Shown: positions 39,073-51,197 of the stretch, in pieces
Position numbering within the stretch: the stretch's first letter is position 1
Layout: every line of letters starts with the position of its first letter
DNA from: Chiloscyllium plagiosum
Lineage: Eukaryota
Assembly (NCBI RefSeq): GCF_004010195.1
Contig: NC_057753.1
Span: 14,514,191-14,569,826 of the forward strand
Reading direction: 5' to 3'
DNA: 55,636 bases
The notes under the pieces: generated by a model
What the model was told of the DNA's origin: nothing
Database searches by the model: none
The model's input: only the letters and a program-made list of their open reading frames with translations
Translations under genes and position numbers: made by a program

Positions 39073-39528
39073 GTAAGTGTAAACTATTGGTGTCAATTTC
39101 ACATGTTCTCCAGTCCTGGACTGCACAACTTGGAGAACAGGGTGACAAAATATTAATTGGCATTAAGAGAGAGTAATCCTGTACTCAGAAAGGGTTTCCC
39201 CAAAAGGCTAGAGTGTTAATTGCCAAATGTTGGATGCTTCGTAGAGAGTGCAACTCAGTCAGTTGGCAGAAATTTGAACCCAACAGCATCTTCCCGTATT
39301 CCTAATAATTCTGAACCATGGTGTGGCTTGGAAATCACCTTTCCTTGCGCTCCCTCTCAAAGTACCAGACCCTTGCGTTGAAAGCGGACGGCATGGTCAG
39401 TCTAGAGCAGAAAGGTTTCAGCCCAGTGGCCAAACCCACCACTCCTCCCCACCCCCTCAGTTACAGGTCGAATGGGGTTGGAATTTCTGGCGAGTTGGCA
39501 GGTATATGTCAGGCTGGTTATCACTGTG

Positions 39529-39577
39529 TATGATCCACTGATCTTTGGAGCTGGGACCCAAGTGACTGTGGAACCAA
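39529..39577 (+). CDS. TRDJ: J-delta 3: YDPLIFGAGTQVTVEP
   Basis: GGTATATGT-12-CACTGTG, FGXG, GTAAGT donor. Confidence 0.95.
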
Positions 39578-39800
39578 GTAAGTTGAGATGTTTACCTGGG
39601 GTGCTTAGCACTTGTGAAATCCGCACCGTCAGTGCTGGGTAATTCATTGCAGGGGCACGGTGTGTTAATGCTCTGGTGTAAACTATTGAACTATAGCAGG
39701 TTTCAGTGGAGTGGGGACAGGGAATAGAAATGGGCTCCGGGTGACTGAGTGGGTATCATTGGAACAAAGTAAGATTTTTGTCTAGGTGGCTGTCACTGTG

Positions 39801-39857
39801 CAGGTTATAATCTAAAGCTGATTTTCGGCAGCGGTACTAAACTGGAGGTCGTGCCAA
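39801..39857 (+). CDS. TRDJ: J-delta 4: GYNLKLIFGSGTKLEVVP
   Basis: GATTTTTGT-12-CACTGTG, FGXG, GTAAGT donor. Confidence 0.95.
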
Positions 39858-40439
39858 GTAAGTACAAACTGAGCGTCTTTTGTTGCGAGTGAATGCCATT
39901 TCTGAGCTGTGTGGCCCTTGGAGGGACGAACAGAGGATATGTCAGGGAAGCCACCGTCTGGTGCTCAACAGCCCTAGGGCTGTACTGTACTGGGCCTCAG
40001 GCCTGGACTTTCGGCACAGTCGTACAGAACAAAAGGCCCTTTGACCCATTGGGCCTGCCCTTCCCTAGTAGATAGACCATTACCAGCGTGAACAGAAATT
40101 CACCTCAGACTCCCACTAAAACCTCCCCAGTTCTTTCGAATGCTGATGCAAGGGAAAAATAAAGTGAAGGTTTGCAATGGAGTTCAAAGACAAATGATTC
40201 ATGATTATCTCCTCTTTTAAAACAAAACCCATTCCCTCCGATTTTCCCACGTCAATGGTAGATTATTCAAAGGAACCTGGGTGACAGGCTAATCTGACCA
40301 GGAATTGGATGCTAACGGGAATCCCACCAGACAGGAATTTCTGGACTCCCCAAATTAATGTGGAGGAGGGGGAAGATGGTTTAATGAGGGTGGGGAGAGT
40401 GCGGGGTGGAAAATAGTAATTGTCACCTGGGTATCTTAA

Positions 40440-41045
40440 TTCAGACCTTCGAGTATAGGAGTTGGGATGTCATGTTGAGGTTTGTACAGGACATTGGTGA
40501 AGCCTCTTCTGGATTATTGTGCCCAGTTCTGGTCTCCCTGTATTATTAAGGAAGGGTATTATTAAACTGGAGAGGGTTCAGAAGAGATTTACTAGGACGG
40601 TGTTGGGTGTGGAGGGTTTGAGTTAGAAAGAAAGGCTGGATAGGCTGGGACCTTTGCCACTGCAGCATAGAAGGTTGAAGGGGTGACCTTATAGAAATAT
40701 ACAAAATCATTCAGACTATAGATAATGTGCATGGCAAGGGTCAGTTCCCTGGGATGGAGGAGATCAAGACTGGGGATTTTTTTTTTAAGGTGAGAGGAGA
40801 AAGGTTTAAAAAAGGACACAGAGGCGATTGTTTCACCCAGAGAGTGACTCGTAATTGGAGAAACCCGTGGATGCGGGCACAGTTATGGCATTTAACAGTC
40901 ATTTGGATCAGAACATGAACGGAAGAGGTTTAGAAGGATATGAGCCAGGACCAGGGAAGTGGGACTGTATAGTTTGCCAACATCCTCGGCGTGTTCTGGT
41001 CGAACTGAAGGGTCTGTTTCTGGGCCGTATGACGCCATGGCCTGC
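40440..41045 (+). mobile_element. CR1 LINE 3' fragment
   Basis: DYCAQFWSP and LERVQKRFTR motifs, CR1 3' end. Confidence 0.8.
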
Positions 41046-41143
41046 AAATTGAATGTACCCCCCAGCCAAAGGCAAAGGAAAACCCAAGGCATTAGCGTGC
41101 ATGCGGGTTGGAGTCTTTTTTTGTACCATCTGCTAACACTGTG

Positions 41144-41195
41144 TGGACTGAAAAGATGATCTTTGGCAGTGGGACCCAACTCATCGTGGAACCCA
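41144..41195 (+). CDS. TRDJ: J-delta 5: WTEKMIFGSGTQLIVEP
   Basis: TTTTTTTGT-12-CACTGTG, FGXG, GTAAGT donor. Confidence 0.95.
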
Positions 41196-41787
41196 GTAAG
41201 TCTGATGTTTGATTTCTATCTGGATATTGTCAAACAGGAGTCCTCCTTTTTGGTTGATTTTGCTCTTTTTATTTGAGCGGGAGCTGTCACTCAGCAAGGA
41301 CAAGCAAGGGATGGTGGGGGGCAACATTATCTCAGAGCTTGAGCTAACCCCTTGAGTTCCTCCCTTACTGACTACCCTGATGACTGCTGTTTGGGGAAGG
41401 TCATCCCCTTGAATGTCCCCCGCCTGCCCGCGCCCTCAAATCCCTGAATGTCTGCCAGGGGAATCTTTCCTCGCTCATGAAAAGCAAGTCTTCTATCTGT
41501 CCAAAAACGCTAGTACTGAAGCAGCATTGCAATCAGAGAGGGAATTGGGGACCTCAATAATGTTGTCTAATTGCACTGAAGGCAGATCCTAGACCTCTTC
41601 ACTTTTCAGAACTTTGGGAGGGAGAGGGGGTTGGAGATATTTCCAAACTTTATCTCCGGTTTCCCAATCATCCCATCTGACTTAACGCGATGGTATATTG
41701 TTCTTTTGTAATGGTGAAATAAGGAGGAAGCTGAGATTTACCCCCTCCCCACCCTGGAGTGTTTGTGTCTGAGGAGTAATCACTGTG

Positions 41788-41853
41788 ATGCTTATTATAG
41801 CACTACTGAAAAACTCATATTTGGCAGCGGGACACAACTCAAGGTTCTACCAA
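41788..41853 (+). CDS. TRDJ: J-delta 6: AYYSTTEKLIFGSGTQLKVLP
   Basis: TGTTTGTGT-12-CACTGTG, FGXG, GTAAGT donor. Confidence 0.95.
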
Positions 41854-42231
41854 GTAAGTGATTGAAATGTCTCTCCTTTGCCAGAGCTTCTCAGACAGAG
41901 TCGAGGTCGTTTCCATTATTCAGTTGCAAAGGCACAGCGCCAATAAGATGAGATTTAATGGGCCAGGCATTGACGCACAGCTCACATCTCGCCAAGGGGT
42001 ACAGTGGTCAGATGGGGAATGTGAACTGACAAGTGGAATTCTGGATTAGAGAGGAAGTCCCATTCAGAAAAGTTTGGCTGGGTACCAATAATTTGAGTGA
42101 AGGAGGCCTCGTTTTTCGTGTTAAGGGGTTGTTGCTGACAGAGTCCAACAACTTAGAGGTCATTAAGGTGGTCTCAAGGAAGGGATGGGAGAAATATAGA
42201 GCCACATTTCCCCCCTACAGCCCCCAACCCC

Positions 42232-42392
42232 CCCACACACACTCGGACATAGACACACATACACAGACACTCAGGCAGAAACTCAGACACACAAACGCAC
42301 ACACTTAGACATGGACTCACGTACACACACACACAAACACGCACACATACACACACGCATACAGACACACACACATACACACACACACACGG
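42232..42392. repeat. (CA)n-rich microsatellite
   Basis: Imperfect CA repeats. Confidence 0.85.
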
Positions 42393-43023
42393 TTGTGTAG
42401 ACACACGAGCGGTAACAAAGTAGGGATCAAAACATCACCCCTCGCCCACCCTCAGGAATTGTTTTACCAATAAATGTCGCTGCAGAGTTATCAGGAAGGC
42501 AAAAGAAGGTAAATATGGGGCAATTGATTGTCCCATGTGTCTGCTTTCATGTCTAGAACGGGGTCCAGAAAGGTGGGGGGAGGTCACAGTCTGAAACGGG
42601 GGTAGGTCATTTCGGACTGAAGTGAGGAGAAGTGACTTCACCCAGAGGGTGGGGGAGCCTCTGGGTTTCACTGTCGGGGGTCGCAACATTGAATGATTTC
42701 AAAAAGTAACTAGCTATCGGACTATTGGATCAAAGGGTGATGTGGGAGAATAGGATCATGAGATGGATGATCAGATATAATCCCATTGAATGGGGGGGGG
42801 GAATGACGGGGCCGAGCAGCACAGCCCGATGTTTCTGTATTTTCAAACTAGTGAACAGCAAAGAAACTTGGAGGGGGGGGGATGGTTGCATCTGTTTGGG
42901 TGAGCAGATAGAGAAGGAACATGAAGCCAGCAACATGAGGTAATTGTGAGGGAGACTAAACCAAGCTTTGACTGCACTGTGGCTGTGGCTGGGTCTGAAT
43001 TTGTAACAGCTGGTAACACCGTG

Positions 43024-43086
43024 ATAGAGTGTACCGTGCTGAGAAGCTGATTTTTGGAGGAGGGACCAAACTCACGGTGGAACCCA
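43024..43086 (+). CDS. TRDJ: J-delta 7: RVYRAEKLIFGGGTKLTVEP
   Basis: TGAATTTGT-12-CACCGTG, FGXG, GTAAGT donor. Confidence 0.92.
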
Positions 43087-43502
43087 GTAAGTCTTGTGGC
43101 GTATCTTCTCGGGAACGGTGTCGTTAGCCCAGAGAAGGCCCACCAGATTTATAACAGTGATGGCGGGAAGAGAAATACTCCAGGGTCGCAAAGAGTGAAG
43201 GGGAGCAGGCACGGTCGGTTGAGCGATGTACACAGAGCAGGCAGGGAAGGAGAATTCAGTGTAGACAGCAATGGGAAATTAACAAGGTGGAGGGAAGGCT
43301 GAACAGCTTTTAGAGCTCTCCTTACCAATCTTGTGCTTTTCAAATGTGCAAATCTAACAGAATGAGATTCAATGAGGTCCAGGGAGTTTGGGGAGACAAA
43401 TTTGGGACCTGTCCTGACATGTTTTTTTTTGGAGCACTTGAAATCTTAACATTCAAACCAGGGTCAATGTGAATCCTCCCATGACTTGTCCATTTCACTC
43501 GG

Positions 43503-43565
43503 GAACCAACTACAGAGGTAGGAAACTTGCCTTCGGCAGTGGGACCAAACTCACCACCAAACACT
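43503..43565 (+). pseudogene. TRDJ: J-delta 8 pseudogene: TNYRGRKLAFGSGTKLTTKH
   Basis: FGSG is intact, but the heptamer is CACTCGG, no nonamer is recognisable and the donor is a weak GTAAC. Confidence 0.75.
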
Positions 43566-43579
43566 GTAACCCCCATAGC

Positions 43580-43890
43580 TGCTTAGAGGTCTGGACAGAG
43601 TGGACGTGGAAAAGATGTTTCCAAGGGTAAGGTAGCCTCAAGGTGAAGGGCCAACCTTTTGGAATTGAAATGGGGAGGAATTTATTCAGCCAGAGTGTTG
43701 GAGGGAAAACCTATTGCCACACAGAGCTGTGGAGGTCAAGTCACTGAGTGTATTTAAGATAGAGAGGTAGGTTCTTCATTGGTGAAGGGATCGAGGGCTA
43801 CAGGGAGAATGGGATTGAGAGACACCATGATCGAATGATGGAGCAGACTTGACGGGCCAAATGGCCTAATTCTGCTCCTATCCCTTATGG
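43580..43890 (+). mobile_element. CR1 LINE 3' fragment
   Basis: GGCCAAATGGCCTAATTCTGCTCCTAT tail. Confidence 0.7.
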
Positions 43891-44199
43891 TCCAAGCCAT
43901 CCCACCGTTTCAAAGTTTGGTTTGTAGCTAAGCAATCAGCAAGCCTACTCTTATCTATCATCAGACCAAACGGTAGTGCAGATAAAACTGCCTTACAAGC
44001 TTTGGCAAACTTAATCCAGTATGAGTTCTGTCCATAGAGAGCTCCCCCACCACAATCCTCCTGTCTCTGGGAAACAAACACCATCTCAAAATGCCCTGGC
44101 AACAATGAGTCGGTAGAGTCTTTTTTGAATTAAAAAAATAGCGCTCCATTTTTACTTCTGTGGCGGGTGACTGTTTTTCTACCATCTGGCAGCACGATG

Positions 44200-44259
44200 A
44201 CAGCTATGTAAATATAAAGCTGTTCTTAGTCAGTGGAACCAGGCTTATGATGGAAAGCA
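44200..44259 (+). pseudogene. TRDJ: J-delta 9 pseudogene/ORF: SYVNIKLFLVSGTRLMMES
   Basis: TGTTTTTCT-12-CACGATG (coding-proximal GTG lost), FGXG changed to LVSG, GTAAT donor. Confidence 0.7.
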
Positions 44260-44639
44260 GTAATTTCTTAGGACTGACTATCGTCAAACCTACAGAGGAG
44301 AGTAAAAAAAAAAACACCTCTGACCAAGCCTCAAACACTTTCGCACACAGTGCTGGTGGAAGGTCGGGGAGGGTGGGGGAGAGGGTTAGAGAGTACCACT
44401 GCCACTGACAAACCGAAATCCCAGTCAGCCCCACGTATCAGTTCTGGACGACCTCTCGACTCATCCGTCCATTATCTTACAACCCCAGGGATTCGGGAAC
44501 AGAAATGGGTTAATCAGACCCTCCAGACCTGCACCATTATTTCTGGTTGACCTGCGGCCGAAATCCACATGTCTTCCTTGGGTCCATCCCCCTTCATAAC
44601 TGAGCTAAACAAAAAATATATATCTATCGCAGCTTTCTC

Positions 44640-45185
44640 AATAGGTAGACAGGGTGGTGAAAGTGGCGTTCAGCACTCTTGCCTGCATTGCTCAGACCTT
44701 TTTGTATAGGAGTTGGAGACGGCATGTTGAGATTGTAAAGGACATTAGTGAGGCTTCTTCTAGAGTACTGTGCCCGGTTCTAGTCATCCTGCCGTCGGAA
44801 GGATATTATTAAGATGGAGAGGGGTCAGAAACGATTGCCAGGAATGGAGGGTTTGGGTTATAAAAATAGGCTGGGAGCTTCTTCTCTGGAGTTTGAGCCT
44901 TATCGAGGTGGATAAAATCATGAGGGGTATAGATAAGTTGAATGCTGAGGGCCTTCTCCCCAGCTGGGGGATTTCAAGACTAAGGGCACATTTTTAAAGT
45001 GAGAGAAAGATTTAATTAGGGACATGAGGGGCAACTTTTGTTTTAACGCAGGGTGCGGCTCTTGTGTGGAACGAAGTTCCAGAGAAAGCGATTGATACTG
45101 TTACAATTATAATGTTTGAAAGACATTTGGATAGGTTCATGAATAGGAACAGTTTGAAGGGACATGGGCCAAACCCGGAAAATTC
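44640..45185 (+). mobile_element. CR1 LINE 3' fragment
   Basis: LEYCARF and WNEVPEK motifs. Confidence 0.75.
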
Positions 45186-45327
45186 TAAGGAACAATGTCT
45201 GACATGCCAGTTTAGACCCAGAGAGAACCCCCCAACCCCACCCCACCCCAACCGCCTGCCACATAAAGACTTGTGTTCGTCTCCGTTGTGGTGAGGGTGA
45301 ATTTTTGTAGCACCTGGCACCATTGTG

Positions 45328-45381
45328 CTAGCAACTGGAAACTCATCTTCGGCAGAGGCACCAGACTCTCTGTGCAAGCCA
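45328..45381 (+). CDS. TRDJ: J-delta 10: SNWKLIFGRGTRLSVQA
   Basis: AATTTTTGT-12-CATTGTG, FGXG, GTAAGT donor. Confidence 0.93.
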
Positions 45382-45917
45382 GTAAGTGGTTAGAAGTTAC
45401 TGCCTCAGATCTGATTAAGTGTATCTGTCACAGACTGCAATGGGACTGTTAAATACTGAAGTGGGCTGTTGTTTCGTTTTGTTTTATTTTTAATTGAGGA
45501 GGTTACAAGGGGCGATCTGGGGTTAGAGGCTCTGCAGAAGGCATTAATTGTCTCTATCTAGGGGCCAAATCAGTCTCTGCAGAGGATGTGCTAACCAGAG
45601 GCTTAGTGTGAACCGTCCCAGGGATTGACAATGGGAAGGCAGTGATGTATGGCAAAACATTCGGCCCATCGGCCAAAGTCTACAATTTTGCATTTCAGGA
45701 ATATTTACTCAAGTGCCATAGAGACAAGATTAATAGAACTTTACAGTAGAGACAGGCCCTTTGGTCTGTCGAGTCCAATACAAGCTCCCCATCTCATCCT
45801 CATTCTTCAGCCCTGTCTCCTTAGCCCTCCACATTCATCCATTGCAATACATGCCGAGCTCCCTTTAAAACCTTCATTGCTCTGCAGGCTGCTCATTCCG
45901 CATCCCAACATGGTAAG

Positions 45918-46252
45918 TGTTCTCCTAACTTCACGCCGAACTCTCTCACTGACAATCTGGAAGTTGTGACTCCCTGCTAACTGACTGGTGGAAACGAAAA
46001 ATCCTTTCTTCCCTTCTCGAAATTGTTTATCACCTCAATAAAGGTTAGGCCTCAATCGTCTCTGCTCCGTCCCCCATATCTCTCTGTTCTCCTAATTTCA
46101 CGCCGAACTCTCTCACTGACAATCTGGAAGTTGTAGCTCCCTGCTAACTGACTGGTGGAAACGAAAAATCCTTTCTTCCCTTCTCGAAATTGTTTATCAC
46201 CTCAATAAAGGTTAGGCCTCAATCGTCTCTGCTCCGTCCCCCATATCTCTCT
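45918..46252. repeat. Near-perfect tandem duplication of about 166 bp
   Basis: TGTTCTCCTAA(C/T)TTCACGCCGAACTCTCTC...CCCCATATCTCTCT occurs twice in a row. Confidence 0.88.
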
Positions 46253-46596
46253 CTCTCTCTCTCTCTCTCTCTAATCTTCCCTCCTCCCTAGAATCCCTCA
46301 GGCCCCAAGAAATTCTCCAGTGCCCTGAAGAAATTTGGAATGATTCCAACAAAACTCTGGCCTTAGTTTATGGCCAAAACGCAGGCTCGTGTGGTCAGTG
46401 CCAATGGCAATGGCCTGCTTCACTGAGTGGACCACTGGGGAAGGATTTGGCCTGACCTACATGTGACCCCTGACCCCACAGCCCCACAGTTAGAGATGGA
46501 CAATGAATGCCCATACCAATCCAGCGATGTCCGTAGCCCATGAGCGGATGTGAAAGCTATGTTTGGAGGGTTTCTGTCTTGGGCATATTTGCTGTG

Positions 46597-46663
46597 TGAA
46601 ATTACTATAATCGCAAAGAGAAGCTCACATTTGGCAGCGGCACCCAACTGACAGTTAAACCTA
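46597..46663 (+). CDS. TRDJ: J-delta 11: (stop)NYYNRKEKLTFGSGTQLTVKP
   Basis: GGTTTCTGT-12-TGCTGTG, FGXG, GTAAGT donor. Confidence 0.9.
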
Positions 46664-47956
46664 GTAAGTTACAGCTGAGGCTTTTTTTTTTCATTCATTC
46701 TGCTGATGTGCTGTTTATTTTATTTTGTTCAGTGGATCGGATCCTGGTGAAGAGAGTCTGGGCAGAGAGCCAAAGTAGTGCTGCAAAGAGAGAGAGAGAC
46801 AGACAGACAGATTAAAGGAATGGTCATAGATATTTTAGCTGGGAGAGCAATTTGGAGAGAAAGTGTGTGTTCCAATCCTGGTTAAATTCAAGACACTGAG
46901 GCCAGGAATGTCCGAAATTTGGCAGGCACTGAACGGCTGAACTGTCGCGCGGCCAAGATGTTAAAACCCCATCTTGATCGCTCACGGAATCTTTTGATTG
47001 CAAAGAAAGTCTATGGGCTCGTCAGTGCCAACAAATGCTTCTTATTTATCCCTCTAACAGAACCTGCCAGAAAAGTTCTCCCCCGGTTGCAGATATATGT
47101 CCAGCTTTGAAACATCCTGTACAATCCGCCTTCACTGTTCACCAGGGCAGCTCATTCCAAATCCTAACAAGTCCCCAAAGCTCGAGGGTAGGCGGTTTAA
47201 GGTGAGAGGGGAAAGGTTTGAAAGGGACCCCAGGGAAAACATTTTCGCGCAGAAGGTGATGCGTGTGCGGAATGAACTTTCAGAAGAAGTATTGGAGGCT
47301 GGTACATTTAAAGGGCATCTGGATGGGTATATGAATAGGAAGGGTTTGGAGGGATATGGGCCAAATGCTGGTAAATGGGACTGGATTAGTCTAGAATTGG
47401 ACAGAAAGCTCTGTTTCAGTGCTGTACACCTCTATGACCCTGAGTAAAGAGGCATCCCTTCATCACACTCCGAGCTCTGTTGCTGACAGTCCTGATGGTG
47501 TGGCTCCCTGATTACTAACTGGTGGGAGAGAAATATCTATTCTGTCGAAATTGTTCACAGATTTGATCACCTCAGACAGGGTTCGGCCTCGATCTTCTCT
47601 GCCCCATACCTGATCTCTCTCTCTCTCTCTCTCTCTCTCTAATCTTTCCTTGAGTCTGTAATCCCCCGTGCCCGAGGAAATCCCTTATTTCCCGAAGAAA
47701 TTTCGAATGATTCTAACAAAATCCAGGCCTGAGTAGACGGGCCGGGCTCAGACCCACGTGGTCAGTGCCAATTGCAATGGCCTGCTTCAGCAAGTGGTCC
47801 ACTAGGGAAGGACCTGGTCTGACCCACATGTGACTCCTGACCCCACAGCTAGAGACGGGCAATGGAATGCCCGTGCCAATCCAGCGATGCCCGTGCCCTG
47901 TGAATGATTTTGAAAGCTATGTCTGGAAGGTTTTTGCCTTGAGCAAGTTAACTGTG

Positions 47957-48013
47957 TAGATTACAGAGCGAAACTCATATTTGGCGGTGGAACCCAACTG
48001 ACAGTTAAACCGA
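47957..48013 (+). CDS. TRDJ: J-delta 12: DYRAKLIFGGGTQLTVKP
   Basis: GGTTTTTGC-12-AACTGTG, FGXG, GTAAGT donor. Confidence 0.92.
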
Positions 48014-49701
48014 GTAAGTTAGAGCGTGTTTTCTTTTTTGTTTAATTTCATTCTGCTTTTGTGTGGGGTTTTTTTTATTTTGTTCAGTGGAAAGCAGTGT
48101 CTGGGCAGAGAGCCAAGGTAGTGCCACAGAGAGAGAAGGAGCGAGAGAGAGAGAAAGAAACTATTGCAGGCATTTTACCTACAAAACTGTATGTTCCAGT
48201 CCTGCTCCGATTAAAAACATTGAGACCAAGAAGCTAATCTCCTGTTGTCACAAATGTGGCAGGCACTGAAGGGCTGAATCGTGGCGTGGCCCGAGATATT
48301 AAACTCTCTTTTTCAAATGCCCCCTTCCCAGAAACTATTGATTGAACAGAAATTGCATGGTTTGTCAGTGCCACCAAGCCCCTTTTTTTTCAGTCTAACA
48401 GAGCCGTGTGACGGAGTTTTCACTTCCAGCCAGATTGAGGGAGGCGAAACGTAAATTGGTCACGTCCAAATGCGTATCCAGCTGTCCTTTGAATCCCCCC
48501 TGTGGAATCCACCTCCACCCCCCCCCCCGCCTCCCCCAGGCAGCTCACTCCAAATCCTAACGACCCCCTAAAACTGGCTGGCACAAGGTGAGAGGGGAAA
48601 GATTTAAAAGAGTCCTAAGGGGCAACTTTGTCCCACAGAAGGTGGTGTGCGCATGGAATGAGTAAGCGGTGGAGGTCGGTACAATTGCAGTATTCAAAAG
48701 AGGAATAGATAGAGTCAATAGCCAGAGACCTTTCTCCAGGGCAGGATTGACTGATACGATGGGTCAAAGTTTTTAAGATATTAGGAGAAAGGTCAGAGGT
48801 AGGTTGTTTACGCAGAGAGTTGTGAATGTATGGAATGCATTGCCAGAGGTAGTGGTGGAAGCAGAGTCACTAGGGACATTTAAGCGACTGCTAGACATGC
48901 ACATGGATAGCAGTGAGTTGAGGGGTGCATAGGTTAAGTTACTATATTTTACATTAAGATTAAACCTCGGCACAACACCGTGGGCCTCAGGGCCTGTTCT
49001 GTGCTGTACCTTTCTATGTTCTATGTTCTAAAAGGCATCTGCATGACAGAGACATGGGTCAACTGCTGGCGAATGGGACTAGATCAATTTAGGAGATCTG
49101 GTCGGCATGGACGAGTTCGACCGAAGGGTCAGTTTCCATGATGTACAGCTCTATGACTCAATGACACTAATTAAAGGGGTTTATCCTCATTTCACTTCGA
49201 GCTCTCTCGCTAACAATCTTGAACCGGTCACTGCCTAGTTCCTGACTGGTGGCAACAAAATATCCTCCCCTCACCTGTCGAAATTGTTCACAAATTAGAT
49301 CACCCCCATTCCCCCATAAAGGTCACCCCTCAATCTTCTCCACTCCGTGTCCGATCTCTCTCTGTCTCTCTCCCTCTCTCTCTTTCTCCCTCTCTTTCTA
49401 ATCTTCCCTCCTCGCTGAAATCTTTCAGGCCCAAGGAATTCCCTCATTTTCCTATGAAATGTGTCAAGATTCAAACAAAGCTCTGGCCTGAGTTTCTGGC
49501 CAAATCCAGACCCTTCTGATCAGCGACTAGTGCAATGACCTGCTTGACCAAGTGATCCGCTGGTCTGACCTCCATGTGACCCCTGAACCCACGGCTAGAG
49601 ATGGGCAATAAATGCGTCTGCCAATCCAGCGATGCCCGTACCCCGTGAACAAATTTGAAAGCTACGTTTGGGAAGTTTCTGTCTTGGACGTGTTTACTGT
49701 G

Positions 49702-49846
49702 TAGATTACTATGATTATGGTTATGATATCACAGCAAAACTCATATTTGGCAGCGTTATTCCTGATGAAGGGCTTTTGCCCGAAACGTCAATTTTACTGC
49801 TCCTCGGATGCTGCCTGAACTGCTAGCACCACTAATCCAGAACAAA
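49702..49846 (+). pseudogene. TRDJ: J-delta 13 pseudogene: DYYDYGYDITAKLIFGS, 3' end replaced by a Penelope-like fragment (about 49756-49843)
   Basis: AGTTTCTGT-12-TACTGTG is intact. After FGS the sequence switches to ATTCCTGATGAAGGGCTTTTGCCCGAAACGTC. The original GTAAGT donor survives at 49847. Confidence 0.88.
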
Positions 49847-50839
49847 GTAAGTTAGAGCTGAGGCTTGTTTTTTATTTAATTTCATTCTGCTTGTGTGCTG
49901 TTTTAGGGGTTTTTTTTTTCTGTGGAACAGATCCTCTTGAAGAGAGTCTGGGCAGAGAGCCAAGGCAGTACTGCAGAGACAGGGAGAGGGGGGGAGGGGG
50001 AAAGAGAGAGAGAGAGTCAAAGAGAGAGAGAGCAATATAGAAGCGACTGCAGGCATTTTAGTGATGACAGCTGCTTGCTCCAATCCTGCTTCAATTAAAG
50101 TTACTGAGGCCAGGAAACCATCCTCCTGGCGTCTGAAATGTGATGGCCGAATCGTTGTATGGTCAAGATATTAGACTCCATCATTGAAATTTCCCCTCCC
50201 AGAAACTGTTGATTGAAGATGAATTGTTTTGATTTGTCAGGACTTTTTTTTTTATTAGGCGAAAGTGAGGACTGCAGATGCTGGAGATTAGAGTCAGGAT
50301 TAGAGTGGTGCTGGAATAACACAGTAGGTCATGCAGCATCCGAGGAGCAGGAAAATCGACGTTTCGCAGGATTTTTTTTTTATTCTTTTATTTCGGTCAC
50401 CTGCATAAAAGGTTTCACCTCAGCTTGATTGAGGGAGGCAACATTCAAATTGCTCACTTTCAAATATAGGTACACCCTCCTTTGAAATCTCCTGTCGAAT
50501 CTACTTCCACTATCTCACAGGCAGCTCACACTAAATCCTAAGGATTCAAACTTAGGGGGCAACGGTTTAAGGTGAGAGGAGAAAGATTAAAAAGCGACCA
50601 GAGGGGGCGGTTTTGTAATGCAGAGCGTGCTGTGCGTATCGAATGCCCCGCCAGAGGAATTGGTGAGGATTTCGTACAACTGCAAACTTTAAAAGGCATC
50701 TGGATGTTTGGATGAATAGGAATGGTTCAAAGGGCTCTGGGTCAAATGCTGACAAATGGGACTTGATTAATTAAGGCTGTTTGATGTGCATGGATTGGTT
50801 GGGTCTGTTTCCATGCTATTCATCTCCATGACTCTGAGT

Positions 50840-51197
50840 AAATGATCAGAGGATTAGATAGGGTAGACAGCGAAAGTCTTTTTTTACCGTGGATGACGAC
50901 GTCAGCTTGTACGAGGGGTCATAGCTACAAAATTGAGGGGTGATAGATTTAACACAGATGTCAGGGGCAGGTTCTTTACTTAGAGAGTGGTAAGGGTGTG
51001 GAATGGCCTGCCTGACAATGCAGTTAACTCAGCCACATTAGGGAGATTTAAACAATCCTTGGATAAGCACATGGATGATGATGGGATAGCGTAAGGTGGG
51101 GGGGGGGGGGTGTCGGGATTAGATTAGTCCACAGCTCGGCGCAACATTGAGGGCTGAAGGGCCTGTTCTGAGTTGTATTGTTCTACGTTCTATGTTT
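50840..51197 (+). mobile_element. CR1 LINE 3' end
   Basis: TGGAATGGCCTGCC... with a (TATGTTC)-like tail. Confidence 0.75.

Larger units (their letters stand above)
46085..50840. repeat. Triplicated 1.4-1.7 kb cassette carrying J11, J12 and J13, each copy ending in a CR1 3' fragment
   Basis: Copies at about 46085-47445, 47446-49170 and 49170-50840 share TCCAGCGATG(C/T)CCGT, GAAAGCTA, GAGAGTCTGGGCAGAGAGCCAA and GGCAGCTCA. Later inserts at about 48700-49030 (CR1) and 50255-50367 (Penelope-like). Confidence 0.88.

Noticed and set aside
39978-40020. Possible truncated J (TGPQAWTFGT)
   Set aside because: No RSS nonamer, no second Gly and no donor. It runs into a repeat tail.
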